Shown piece after piece: positions 50,851-62,867 of a DNA stretch of 64,000 bases. The stretch comes from Chiloscyllium plagiosum (taxonomy: Eukaryota): contig NC_057719.1 in NCBI RefSeq assembly GCF_004010195.1, positions 31,104,957 to 31,168,956 on the forward strand, given 5' to 3'. How positions within the stretch are numbered: the first letter of the stretch is position 1; each line of letters starts with the position of its first letter. The position numbers and the translations under genes are program-made. The notes under the pieces are model-generated. The model was not told the origin of the DNA. It made no database searches and saw only the letters and a list, made by a program, of their open reading frames with translations.

Positions 50851-51351
50851 AACTACCGAAAAAAGATTTAGCCTTATTCTTTCAAGTCCAACTGTTCTTT
50901 TCATGCAGTTTTTCTTTACTTGTCTATTTTTCCCTCAATTCAGTTTTTTCTTTATTCTTCTGCATTTAGTTTTCGGATTTAACATTAAATCAGAGAGGGT
51001 GAGATCTCACTTCCTTCTCAGTGCTTGTACTATTTCATTATTCTTCAAGCTGAGTGATGAAGGAGATCATAACTGCTTGCACTGTCCACTCTGGTACCAG
51101 ATGCCATGTTTTTTTTAGTGCTGTTATTTGCTTACTCTTTTTCAACTTAAGACACCACGAAATAGAAATCCTAATCATGCAAAAGTAATGGTAGTTGCCA
51201 CTAGATGCTGTATTGCAACACTTTGAAATCTACTCTTCGTGGATTATTTACAACTTTATAGTTCTTGGATTACCTCAGAATTTAAATTTTATCATCTAAA
51301 CCTGCAGCCTTTTTTTATTATTTTAAAGTGCACAAATCTGTTGAAAATAGT

Positions 51352-51710
51352 TTTTTCATTCTTTCATGGGATATGGGCATAACTGGCAAGACCAGTAAAT
51401 GTTGCCCATCCTAATTTCCCTTGAATGGAGTGTTGGCAAAGTCATTGTAGAAGGCAATTAAATGTCAACAACACTGTTGTGAGTCTGGTGACATATGTAA
51501 GCCAGACAGGGAAAGAATGGCAGATTTCCTCCTCCCATAGGACATTCATAGTGCCACTACTACTGGTCACCACTACTGTCTCTACCTTTATATTGCAGAT
51601 TTATTAAATTAACTTAAATTCCACATACTGCCACAGTAGGATTTCAACCAATATGCCAACAGCATTTGCCTGGGCCTATGGATTATTACTCCAGTGACTT
51701 TGCCACTAAA
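51352..51710 (-). mobile_element. tRNA-derived SINE, same family as 49210-49545
   Basis: Collinear similarity along head, body and tail. Confidence 0.7.
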
Positions 51711-51768
51711 TCAATGCGTTATAACGATAATGCAAGATAAAAAAAACTACTAATTCAGTTGTAACACC

Positions 51769-52297
51769 TGTGACAAAGCTGCTCCTTTAACAAGGTTATG
51801 TTGTCCTTGGTGATTTTTCAGAGATGTCATAAAAGACGCAGACTAAAAGTCTAAATTGAAGAGTTTTAGGGCCAGTTTGATTATAGCTAACAGATACTGC
51901 CTCAGAAAACAGGCTTTCAAGTTTTTGAAAAAAACACTTGTACAATGAAAGGGGAGTGGTCATTTCTCCCAGCTCAGTTTTTATCTGGTCTGGTTTGGTT
52001 TTTAGCAGGAGTGTTTTGAAGCTGCTGGATCAAAGGAAGCAGGTCGAGGTTGGTACTCTCTCTCTCTGACTTCTCTCCTGCAAGACCCTGTGTTGATTTT
52101 TGTGCCAAGGGGTGTTTTTGGGGATTGTGTTTCATTTGGTAATCTTGTAAACAAACTCTGTTTTGTTTGAAACTAAGTGGTTTGATCAGTGGCATCTCTC
52201 CTGGAATATTCACTGTACACCTGCTTAAAACAACTCGCAAGTTAGAGTCTGGGCTACCTTCTTGAAATGTTTTGAGGTGTCTGGCTGGTCTATTACA
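51769..52297. mobile_element. solo LTR, same family as 38379-38939 but opposite orientation
   Basis: tgtgac...attaca ends; approximate TSD cacc/cact. Confidence 0.8.
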
Positions 52298-52666
52298 CAC
52301 TCTACTATGAATTTCAAATTTCCAAAAGAATGTAATCTTAGTTTTGGTTTTTTTATTTGACTTAAATATGTGTATATAAATAATCATAAATTGTCATTGG
52401 GTTGTAAAAAAAAATGAAGGTTCTGAAAGAATTCACATTTTGTCAAAACGTTTTGTCTTCCACTCATCAGTCAATTCACAAGATTATCAACTAAAGGGCA
52501 AAACCAACGTTTATTCTGTATGAAAGGAAGGTGCTAATTGGTTGGCAGGTAGACTCTGATTTGCAAAGTTGCGTCAAGGAGGTGGCACTAGTTAGTGATG
52601 ACTGACAGCTAACTTGCCATTCTTTGTTTAAATTTTAAACCAGGGAAGTTAACTCTGATTGTTCAA

Positions 52667-53130
52667 AGTTAAAAATCACACAACACCAGTTCATAGCACA
52701 AAAGGTTTATTTGAAAGTACAGGCTTTCAGAGTGCTGCTCCACGCCGGGCAGGATACATAGGACACAGAATTTATAAGCGAAAGATCGAACTGTTATACA
52801 AGTGATGCAATGTATTAGATAAAGCTAGATGGCTGTTAAGTCCTTAGTTGCTTAGAATGGGGATGCAGGTTTTGATTGATTGATTAATATATAAATCCCA
52901 GAATTTCTTTCAAGTCACTGCCCCAAGATAACTTAAGGTTTTATCAGTATATAAAAAAGTGACATCTCAGCTCAGACAATGCATTAAAGGTGTGAGGTTA
53001 GACACTGTCTGTATCCCAAATTGTAGTCAGACTGGTTTTATTTCCAAAGTAGGAATTTATAAAATGTCACTTTAACTGCCTACACATTGTATGCTTTTTG
53101 AACAAAATAGAACATATCTGCAAATGCAAG
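52667..53130 (-). mobile_element. Penelope-like pLTR fragment
   Basis: Collinear with 13877-14310; hammerhead partly deleted. Confidence 0.75.
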
Positions 53131-53949
53131 ATTATGGTTTGTTTGTTACGAGCAGCCGAAGATGTATGCTATTTAGTACAATCCACCAGTCTCCGTAATG
53201 TACAGCTTACATATATTGGTATTGAAATTTGTGTACCATGTTGCTTATTTGTGTGACAGGCAAAACATCTTTTTGACTTGATGACAATATCTTGCTCAAG
53301 GGTCTAGCGTGGAATTTGAACCCAAATTATTCTGACTTGGAGCTGACCACTCATATTGCAACTTTATAGTAGCAATTTGAAAGAGCTAGCTTCACCTGTA
53401 GCGCAAACCTTTGAGAAACATTACCCTAATCTGAGGTAGACTGAGCCTTTTTCAGACCAAGAGGATGGCTTTATGGCTTCATGAATTTACTCAAAATATT
53501 GCAAGAAAAGCTCCAGTCAAGGCAACCATTATCACACACTGCTCTTTCCCCAAAAACTCCAAACATGAGAATTTTAAATAGCATTTCTGTAATTGAAGAG
53601 AAATCTTCTGCAGAATATCAGCTTGATTGTGTTATAATTCTTACCTAAAAGTCAGAAGGTTGTGAACCAGGCTCCATGGCGCATACCTTTGGGATACGAA
53701 AAGATCGCTAAGTTGTCTGAGATACTTTACTTCACTTGAAATGATGACTTGGTACATTATCTAATTGGGATAGTGGATAGTAAAATAAGACAAAATTAGT
53801 AATCTAGTCAACATTTCTCTCAGTAAAACCAACCAAAAATTTGTTTTAAATCCTATTGCTTTTTGGGAAACTTATAATATACAAAATAGTTGCTGCATTT
53901 ACACAACAAACTATAACTGAACTTAATTGATTGAGACTTGATATGATAT

Positions 53950-55255
53950 GGCCTGGGTAGTGTTGTAGAACAGAGAGACCTATGGATTCAGGTACATGAT
54001 TCTTTGAAGTTTGCATCACAGGTATCTAGGGTGGTTGAGAATGCGATTAGCACTCCTTGCATTCATGAGTCTCAGACTTTTCTGTATTGTTCTGTATTGG
54101 AGTTGGTATGTCATGTTGAGGTTGTACAGGATATTGGTGAGACCTCTTCTGGAGTACTGTGTATAGTTCTGGTCACCCTGTTATAGGAAGGATATTATGA
54201 AATTGGAGAGGTTTCAGAAAAGAATTTACCATTATGTTGCTGAGAATGGAAGGTTTGAGTTATAAAAATAGGCCAGATAGGCTGTGACTTTTTTCACTGG
54301 AGCACAAGAGGTTAAGGAGTGATCTTATAGAGGTTTATAAAATCATGAGGGGCATAGATAAGATAAATAGGGAAGGTTCAAAACTTAGAGGACATATATT
54401 TTAAAGTGAGAGGACAAAGTTTTTAAAAATGGATATGAGGGGGAACATTTCTACACAGAGGGTGGTTCATTTGTGGAATGAACTCCCAGAGGAAGTGGTG
54501 GATGCAAGTACAGTTACAATATTTAAAAGACATTTACATAAGTAATGAATAGGAAAAATTTAGAGGAATACGGGCCAAACACAGACAAGTGGGACTAGTT
54601 CGGTTTAGGAACATGGTAGGTGGATAAGTTGGACTGAAGGGTCTGTTTCCATGCTCTATGACTGTAAATCGTTTGGGATGTCCTGAGGTACAAATTGCTG
54701 GTGAGACTACATCTGGAGTACTGTGCGCAGTTTTGGTTCCTTTATTTAAGAAACTATCTTATTTCATTGGAGTCAGTTCAGATGAGGTTTGCTCGAATGG
54801 TCCCTTTTATAGAGGAATTTCTTATGAGCGAAGGTTAATTAGATTGGGACTCTCCTCATTAGAATTTAGAAGAATGTAAGGTGGTCGTATTGAACCATAT
54901 AAGATTCTTAAGAGGCTTGATAGGTTAAATACTGAGATGATGTTTCCTCTCATGGGAGAGTCTAGGACCAGAGGGCATAATCTCAGATTAAAGGGGCAGC
55001 AATTTAACACTGAGCTGAGGAGGAATTTCTTCTCTCAGGGCTGAGTATCTTTGGAATTCTTTGCCACAGGGAGATATGGAGGCAGAGTCCTTGTTTATGT
55101 TTAAGGCTGATATAGATTCTTGATCAGGGAATCAAGATTTAGGGAAAGAGCATAAAAGTAATCATGAGAAATGTTGTATCAGCCGTGATTCTATTGAATA
55201 GTGAAGCATGTTCAAGGGTTGAATGGCATACTCTTGTTCCTATTTCTGTGGTCTT
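53950..55255 (+). mobile_element. two consecutive CR1 3' fragments (about 53950-54665 and 54680-55255)
   Basis: Each shows LVRxxLEYCVxFW through the 3' UTR; the second ends about 45 nt before the 55301 exon. Confidence 0.85.
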
Positions 55256-55300
55256 ATGGAGGTTGTGAAAATGTGTATAATTGAATATTTTTCTTTAAAG

Positions 55301-55472
55301 ATTTCCATGTCAAAATCAGCTTGGGATAAAATGAAGCAATGGAAACGCGAAGGAGTGCAACCATATGATTCAGAGGAACAAGGTGATCATAATTTCAAGG
55401 ATCATGTAAAGAAGGAAGAACGATCACATCAAAGACCAAGGAATATGGATATAAGCAAAACACAAAATGAAA
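55301..55472 (+). CDS. TOGARAM1: TOGARAM1 internal exon, phase 0-1, 172 nt
   Basis: tttaaag|ATT...GAAA|gtaagg. Encodes ISMSKSAWDKMKQWKRE..., similar to the recalled human VSISKSTYNKMRQKRKE. Confidence 0.9.
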
Positions 55473-56330
55473 GTAAGGTTACTGGATTGGTCAACTTCTG
55501 TTTTTTGTAATTTACAGCTTTTTTTTTCATTTTGTGAAAGAAAGGTCTACAACTTCTTGTTTAATCACTAGTTTACAAGTGCTTCAACTTCTGTGTTGCA
55601 ATCAATATAGCCTCTAATTTCATTGAAAATTTATAAACAATTTGTTCAAGTGCACAAATCATTTTTTTTTCTGTAAATCATTTTTTTAAAGTACTTAGAT
55701 AACTTAAAGTGACCGACGTATTTTACATCCTTTGCAATCTATATTTTCCTTCTACCCTCCCCAGCCAACCTCGTGTTCTATACCTCCACACTCTTCCCTT
55801 TAAATATCCTCACCAGCTTTTCTAACAGTGGCTTTTCTTCCAAACCCTGCAATACTGTTGCCAGTGTTCTTGAGGATCACCTCATCTATACGTATCCCCT
55901 TGATCATGATATGGTGGCAGCCTTCACATTGCACCAAAGATACCTCGTTCCATCCATTCACTATTTCTATCCTGTTGGACTGTTTATCTGATATCCAGTC
56001 TAACTTGCTCCAGATAAACATTGAGAATACCAAAAACATTTAGTTTCATTTCTGCTTTAAATTCCATGGCCTGACCACAGATTTCCTTCTATTACTAATT
56101 ACTGTGTTAGATTACATCAGGCTTCTCACAATTTCAGCACTTCATTGATTGCTGAGACAAGGCATCATGACCTTTCTGTCATGGTGGACCTAATGCTATC
56201 TCTAATATTAGTTGTATCGTTCATGTCAATCAATCTTACTGCTTAAAACCCATTCAAGACTTTGTCACCTTTACCTCATTTTGATAATATTGACATTGTT
56301 AGCAACCTTTTTTGCGTCATCTTCCCTCTG

Positions 56331-57534
56331 TCCCATCTCGGACAATTCCCTCTCCTTTCTTGACCTCTCCGTTTCCATTTCTGGCGACAGTCTGCATACA
56401 GATGTTTACTACAAACCCACAGACTCCCATAACTACCTAGACTACACCTTCCACCCAGTAGCCTGCAAGAACTCCATCCCTTTCTCCCAAATCTTCTGCC
56501 TCCACTGCATCTGCTCGGACGAGGAGACATTCCACTCCAAAGCATCCCAAGTGTCCATCTATTTCGAACAATATGCTTTTCCTTCCACTGTCATCCAGAC
56601 AGCCCTCCACTGCACCAGTTCCATTCCCCGTTCCACTGCTGTAAACATCCCCTCTCCTCCAAACGCAATAAAGACAGAGATCCCCTTGTCCTCACCTACC
56701 ACCCCACCTGTGTCCGCATTCAACATATCATCCTTAAACAATTCCGCCAACTCCAACTAGACCCCACCACAAAGAACACCTTCCCCTCCCCACCCCTCTC
56801 TGCCTTCCACAAGAACCATTCCCTTCGACATTACTTGGTTTGCGCCACTCTCCCCATCAACCCCCCCGAACCACCAATCGGAAAGGTGCAAAACCTGCCA
56901 GCATACCACCCCCTCACCTCCATCCAGGGCCCCAAACAGTCCTTCCAGGTGAGACAGAGGTTCACCTGCCTCTCCTCCAACCTAATTTACTGTATCCATG
57001 CTCCTGATGTGGTCTTCTCTAAATCAGGGAGCCCGTAGGGGCTGACCAGACCTCCCAGACACCACACATTTTAATTCCCCTTCCCACTCCCTTTCCGACA
57101 TGACCATCCTTGGCCTCCTCCATTGCCACAATGAAACAAACCACAATTTGGAGGAACAACACCTCATCTTCCGCCTGGCAGCATACAGCCCAGAGGACTC
57201 ACATTGCGTCCTCCAATTTCAAATAACCTCCCTTCCCAGCTCCTCCGCCCCGCCCCCCCACCCTTTCTTTCCTCCCTGCCACCAACTGGACTCATTCCTC
57301 CCATTGACCAACCAGATCATACCCTCTACCTGTCTTTACTAATCCCCACTTCACCCCCTGTCCCCCGCTACCCCCTTCTTTATCTGCAGCTCCCCCTGCA
57401 CCCACTCCCAGTCCTGAGGAAGGTTTACACCCGAAAAGTCGACTTCTCCACCTCCTGATGCTGCCTGGCTTGCTGCTTTTTTCCAGCATCCTGCCTGTCT
57501 ACTTTAGATTTCCAGCATCTGCAGTTTTTTTGTC
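56331..57534 (+). mobile_element. 5'-truncated Penelope-like retroelement (RT thumb, GIY-YIG remnant, pLTR with hammerhead)
   Basis: SLSFLDLSV...VYYKPTDSHNYLDY...KNSIPFSQ, FTCLSSNLIYCI and LEEQHLIFRL motifs; 14-bp TSD tcatcttccctctg (56317-56330, 57535-57548); hammerhead at 57410-57444. Confidence 0.93.
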
Positions 57535-58109
57535 TCATCTTCCCTCTGGCAATGGTAATGCAAGGATCGGAAGAAAGGCCACTCTCTGATTTTCCTAGTC
57601 GATACAAACTCCTCCTTTCACCAACCCTTCATTTTGCAGCCTTTTCCACTCCCTTAGCCACCCTCTTGCTACTCATTTCTCCCCCTCCTGAATCCTTACT
57701 GTGAAATGAGCAGTGAGAGTCTTGATTCAGAAATGATGCCTTGTCAGATCACGTGGCCTTATGTTAGACCAGCATGAATGTCTTTAAACACAAACCCAAG
57801 ATGCTAAACAAGTATATAGATGCCTTTAACTGCCTACTTCTATAAACCAGAACATTATTGAACTAAGGTGTATTATAGTGGAGATTCTAGCCATAATTAA
57901 GCTTTTTGGTTTTTAAATGGAGGGTTTTTTGATATGATTGTTACATTTACAAATTAATGAGCTTCACATTGTGCTCTTGTGCACTTTTAATTTTCTTTTC
58001 CTTGTAAAAAACAGAACCAAAATTATTGGAGGACTTAGAAATCATACTCCAAAGTTTAAAGTATTATTTTAAGTATTAACTTCTGAGAGTATTTGTCTTT
58101 TTAATTTAG

Positions 58110-58241
58110 GTTTGAGCACCAGCAATGATATGCTCCTTCAGTTGAAGTCTGATTCTTCATCAATAGAAATAGCAACTCTTGTTTCTTCGCAACATAAGCT
58201 TAGCACAAGGAAACATCGAACTTCCAACACATCAAACTCTG
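58110..58241 (+). CDS. TOGARAM1: TOGARAM1 internal exon (candidate cassette), phase 1-1, 132 nt
   Basis: atttag|GT...TCTG|gtaaga. Open frame SLSTSNDMLLQLKSDSSSIEIATLVSSQHKLSTRKHRTSNTSNS; strong splice sites and correct phase. Confidence 0.75.
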
Positions 58242-59302
58242 GTAAGAAAAGTATGTTCAATTTATAAGTTTACCAAAATTAATCACTTCTCATTTCTCGG
58301 CATTCAGTTCCATCTATTACTGTTTTTTCATTCCACCAACTGATGTTATTTTGAATTCTACTGTACTCACCTCACTAATTTTATAGAGAATATAAAAATA
58401 ATACTAGAACAACCAGTAAGGAGAGAACATAGATCTAAGGTGACCTAAAAGAACCAGAGGCTGAAAATATGAAAAAAACTTTTTTACCTGAGAAATTGTT
58501 GCAATTTAGAAGGTACTACTTAAAAGGGTGGGCAAATCAGATTAAGTGGCAGTAGTCAAAAGAGATTTTGATAAATACTTTTTAAAAAAAAAGAAAATCA
58601 CAGGCATATAAGGAATGAGCAGGAGTGTGTAATTAATTAGATTGTGTAACAAAGAGTCAATAGAGGAATGAAGGATCAAATTGCTCTTTCCATGCTATGA
58701 AAATAATTTCAGTGATATGAAAGCTTTCACCTTATCTCCACCACATAGAACGACATGGACAGCACAGGAGGACCACCACTAGTAAGATCCCTTCCCGTTC
58801 CAAGCAACACACTATTCTGACTTCATGCTGTATTGCCATTCCTTTACTGTCTTGGAATTCCCTCCATCACAGCACTATGCTACATGTACCACAGCAGTTC
58901 AAGAAGGCAGCTCAACTCCAGGACAATTAGGAATGGGTAATATGCTGGCTATAGAACAACATCCATATCTCAAGAAGGACTTGTTTTTAAAACAAACTCT
59001 CTTCAAAATCAGATGACTTCCACAGGGAAGTTTCTTTTTAAAAAAAAGCTGCAGAGGATCAAAGTATTTCTTTCAGAATGATTTCTTTTAGCCTTGCATC
59101 ACCTTTCTGAAAGCTTGAAGCAACAAGTCTATTTTAGTGTTTATTGCAAAGTAGAATCCTTCTTTCATTCTTAAGTTCTATCCAGGTTCTTGAGGTTTGA
59201 ATCATTTACAACTAGATCCAAAATTATTTCCATTTGTGGTGAACAAAATCAACGTGAATTTACAGAAGTATTGACAAAAGTTTCTTTTATTCCCTATAAT
59301 AG

Positions 59303-59459
59303 GAGGGGAGAATGCTCCATGTCCTAGATCATCACGCAGGGATCAAACACCTGCAGTTTTGCACAGTCCAGAAGTAGTAGATCTTTCTGAATTAAGACCT
59401 TTCTCCAAACCAGACCTTGCACTCTCAGAGGCTCTTAAACTTTTATCTGACGAAGACTG
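59303..59459 (+). CDS. TOGARAM1: TOGARAM1 exon, start of TOG3, phase 1-2, 157 nt
   Basis: aatag|GA...GACTG|gtatgg. Encodes LHSPEVVDLSELRPFSKPDLALSEALKLLSDED(W). Not in the ORF track. Confidence 0.95.
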
Positions 59460-59856
59460 GTATGGATTTCTTATTTTCTTTTGATTAACATCAGAATTCT
59501 CTGCATTGAGGTTATGTGGTTATCTAAATCATATAAACCAAATTTTCCTATTGAATGAAACAATGAGACAAAGGAGCTAGAGCCCATCGAGTCTGCTCTG
59601 TCATTCAGTGAAATCATGGCTGTGGTGATCATCTGTAACTCCTTTATTCTTATTCTGATAACCCTTCATTTCCTTACTGATTAAAAATCTTTCTAACTCA
59701 ACTTTGGTTGTTAAGCATATTCAAGGTTGAGATAGACAGATTTTTAATTAGAAGGGAATCAAGAGCTGTGGAGATAAGGCATTAAAGTGAAGTTGAGGCT
59801 TATCAGATCAACTATTATCTCAATGAATGGTTCAGCAGACTTGCGAGGTCAAATGG

Positions 59857-60049
59857 GAGAAAGTGAGGAGATCAGAGTCGAAAAGTGTGATGCTGGAAAA
59901 GCACAGCCGGTCAGGCAGCATCCGAGGAACAAGAGAGTTGATGTTTCGAGCATAAGCTCTTCATCAGGAATGGGAAAAGAGCTGATGAAGAGCTTATGCT
60001 CGAAACATTGACTCTCCTGCTCCTCGGATGCTGCCTGACCAACTATAAT
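59857..60049. mobile_element. back-to-back inverted hammerhead element nested in a CR1 tail
   Basis: Two CTGATGA-A-GAGC(TTAT)GCTC-GAAAC motifs diverge from about 59975; TSD aggtcaaatgg (59846-59856, 60050-60060). Confidence 0.88.
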
Positions 60050-60512
60050 AGGTCAAATGGTCTACTTCTGCTCCTACATATTATGGTCCATACTAAAGCT
60101 GATATGACAAACCTAAGTTTTAACATCTGTAACCAATAAAAGGTTTACAAGTGATCAGCTGAGTAAGACATCATCACCTTCATATATGATGTATGGCTTT
60201 ATTTAAAATCCATGCTATTCACTGATTTAAAGTGTATGTGATACAATATCTTTAATGTGCTTGTGACTACTTAAATGTTAATACTGATGAAATAATCTGG
60301 TAACACTTCAAAATTCTGAGAAAGGCATTATATTTTAAATAGAATGTGTGTAGTTCATACAAAACATACTAATTTCCCTGCTACCACCCCACATAGGTCT
60401 TCTTTGATTAAACATTGCATGACAAGTTACTGGATTGGATTGTGTGTAGAATATATCTGGGGTCCCTGTGGTGTTCATAGTTACTTCAAACTTTATTTTT
60501 ATGTTTTCACAG

Positions 60513-60618
60513 GGAGAAGAAAATTGAAGGTATCAATTGTATTCAGTGTCTGTCCACCTACCATTCAGATGTATTAATAGGAAGACTTCACGAGGTTGTC
60601 TTTGCTGTAGTTCAAGAG
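60513..60618 (+). CDS. TOGARAM1: TOGARAM1 exon, TOG3 HEAT repeats, phase 2-0, 106 nt
   Basis: ttcacag|G...CAAGAG|gttatt. Encodes (W)EKKIEGINCIQCLSTYHSDVLIGRLHEVVFAVVQE. Confidence 0.95.
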
Positions 60619-60940
60619 GTTATTATTTTAATGCATTTTATGAGAAGTTAATAAGCATACTGACTCTATTTAATAATGAGTGTTACCAGTATGTGTTCAA
60701 GTTAAGTTTAGAATTTAAAAACAGAAGACTGTGATGTGAATATGACCATTAAGTAATAAAAGGAAAATATCACAGTTGATAGTAGAGAGATAGCAGCAAT
60801 CATCAATAATTATTTCAGATAGATTGAATGATGAAACATGTCCTAAGATACGTGCATTTAAAATAAGAATGGGGATATATTGAACAAACAGAAAAGAGAA
60901 CAAAGCCCTAAAATTAAGTCTGTGTTCTTCCCACTTACAG

Positions 60941-61176
60941 GTGAAAAATCTACGCTCTAGTGTTTCACGAGTAGCAATTCTCTGCTTAGGAGACATGTTC
61001 ACAGTGTTCAAAAGGAATATGGATCAGGAGTTGGACAATACTGTTAAAATTCTTTTGCACAAAGCAAGTGAATCTAATGCCTTCATACGAGAAGATGTGG
61101 ACAAAGCATTACATGCAATGGTCATAAATGTAACTCCAGCACGAGCACTTTCATCCCTAATAAATGGTGGACTGAG
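60941..61176 (+). CDS. TOGARAM1: TOGARAM1 exon, TOG3 HEAT repeats, phase 0-2, 236 nt
   Basis: ttacag|GTG...CTGAG|gtaaat. Encodes VKNLRSSVSRVAILCLGDMF...MDQELDNTVKILLHKASESNAFIREDVDKAL...LINGGL. Confidence 0.97.
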
Positions 61177-61412
61177 GTAAATATAACACTTACTTTCCTG
61201 TTAAAATATACCTCTTGAAATATTATTATTTATATGTTTAAGGCAGTTCCTTTGATTCTTGATTATTTTAATTGATAATGTTTTCACAGAGCTCAAAAAG
61301 GATGATTATAAATATGAAATGGCTTTTCATTTTTTACATATTTTGATCTGTACAGTAGACCAACTTGATTGATTTAAAAGGAAAGGAAAATGAAATGGTA
61401 CATAATTCCCCC

Positions 61413-61705
61413 AGAGAGGGGATAGGTTTAGGGTGAGAGGGGAAAGATATAAAAGAGACCTAAATGGCAACTGTTTCACGCAGAGTGTGGTATGTGTATG
61501 GAATGAGCTGTCAGAGGATGTGGTGGAGGCTGGTACAATTGCAACATTTAAGAGGCATTTAGATGGGTATATGAAAGGAAGGGTTTGGAGGGATATGGGC
61601 CGGGTGCTGGCAGGTGGGACTAGATTGGGTTGGGATATCTGGTCGGCATGGTTGGACCGAAGGGTCTGTTTCCATGCTGTCCATCTCTATGACTATGACT
61701 CTATA
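61413..61705 (+). mobile_element. CR1 (HER1-type) 3' fragment
   Basis: ORF 61433..61747; similar to 11352-11641. Confidence 0.9.
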
Positions 61706-61894
61706 TGGAGTCTTTACAATTTCATTGTACATAAGAAATTTCCCTGACAAGGTGAACATAGAAACATAGAAAATAGGAGCAGGACTAGACCATTCAGCCC
61801 TTCAAGCCTGCTCCATCATTCATGATAATCATGGCTGATCATCCAACTCCCACTATTCCCCCATACCCTTTGGTTCCTTTAGCCCCAAATGCTA

Positions 61895-62867
61895 TGTCAC
61901 AACGTTAGTCCCTTTCTTTTCCTAAAAGCTGTACCTTGGCTCAAGGAGACTCTGTCCTTGATTTTTTTTTTCAGAGGGGCAATAAGCTGGGCTGAACTCC
62001 GATCAGTCTGGTTTGGTACAAAGATGAAAAGGATTTTGAGAGTCTTTTTGTTTATATGTAAATAGATCAGACTTCACGCCAAAGTGGTCATGCTTTATAA
62101 GTGACTTATGTAAAGAGGGTAGTGGTCAGCTCTTTAGCTAGCTGAGCTGAGCAGTTTTAGATTAGATTCCCTACAGTATTGAAACAGGCCCTTTGGCCCA
62201 ACAAGTCCACACTGACCCTCTGAAAAGTAACCCATTCCTCTACCCTATATTTACCCCTAACTAATGCATCTAACACTGTGGGCAATTTAGCATGGCCAAT
62301 TCACCTGACCTACGCATCTTTTGGATTGTGGGAGGAAACCAGAGTACCTGGAGGAAAACCCACACAAACACTGGGAGAATGTACAAACTCCACACAAACA
62401 GTAGCCCGAGGCAGGAATTGAACCCGGGTCCCTGGTGCTGTGAGGCAGCAGTGTTAACCACTGAGCCACCATGCCGCCCGTAGTTGAATCCTGAACTGGG
62501 AAATTCAACAGGGAGCTGTGTGAAAACTTTCTCTCTTTTCTGCCCTTCAACTTTGAACTGTAAGCATGTGTTCCATATATACTCCTTTTTAAAGGAAGTT
62601 TGTTTATTGGGACTGTTGTGTGTTTTCGGAACAGCATAATTAAGTCTAGCTGGATAGGTTGACTTCTGTAGGGGTTCTTCATTCTGCTCTTTGTCTTTCA
62701 TTGTGTAATTTTGTGAATACATTTTTGTCTGTTTTAAAATCTAGTAGTCAACCTAGCTGTCTTACTCTGGATAATTTTCACTGTACACTTACCGAAACAA
62801 ATTGCAAAGTTAGGTCTAGAGCTACCTGCTTAAGAATGTTTTGAGTGATCTGGCCTAGTCCATAACA
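61895..62867. mobile_element. solo LTR containing a nested HE1 SINE
   Basis: tgtcac...cataaca ends with 4-bp TSD gcta; the right end resembles 52150-52297. Confidence 0.85.
62159..62479 (-). mobile_element. HE1-type V-SINE
   Basis: Collinear with 20790-21102. Confidence 0.9.
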
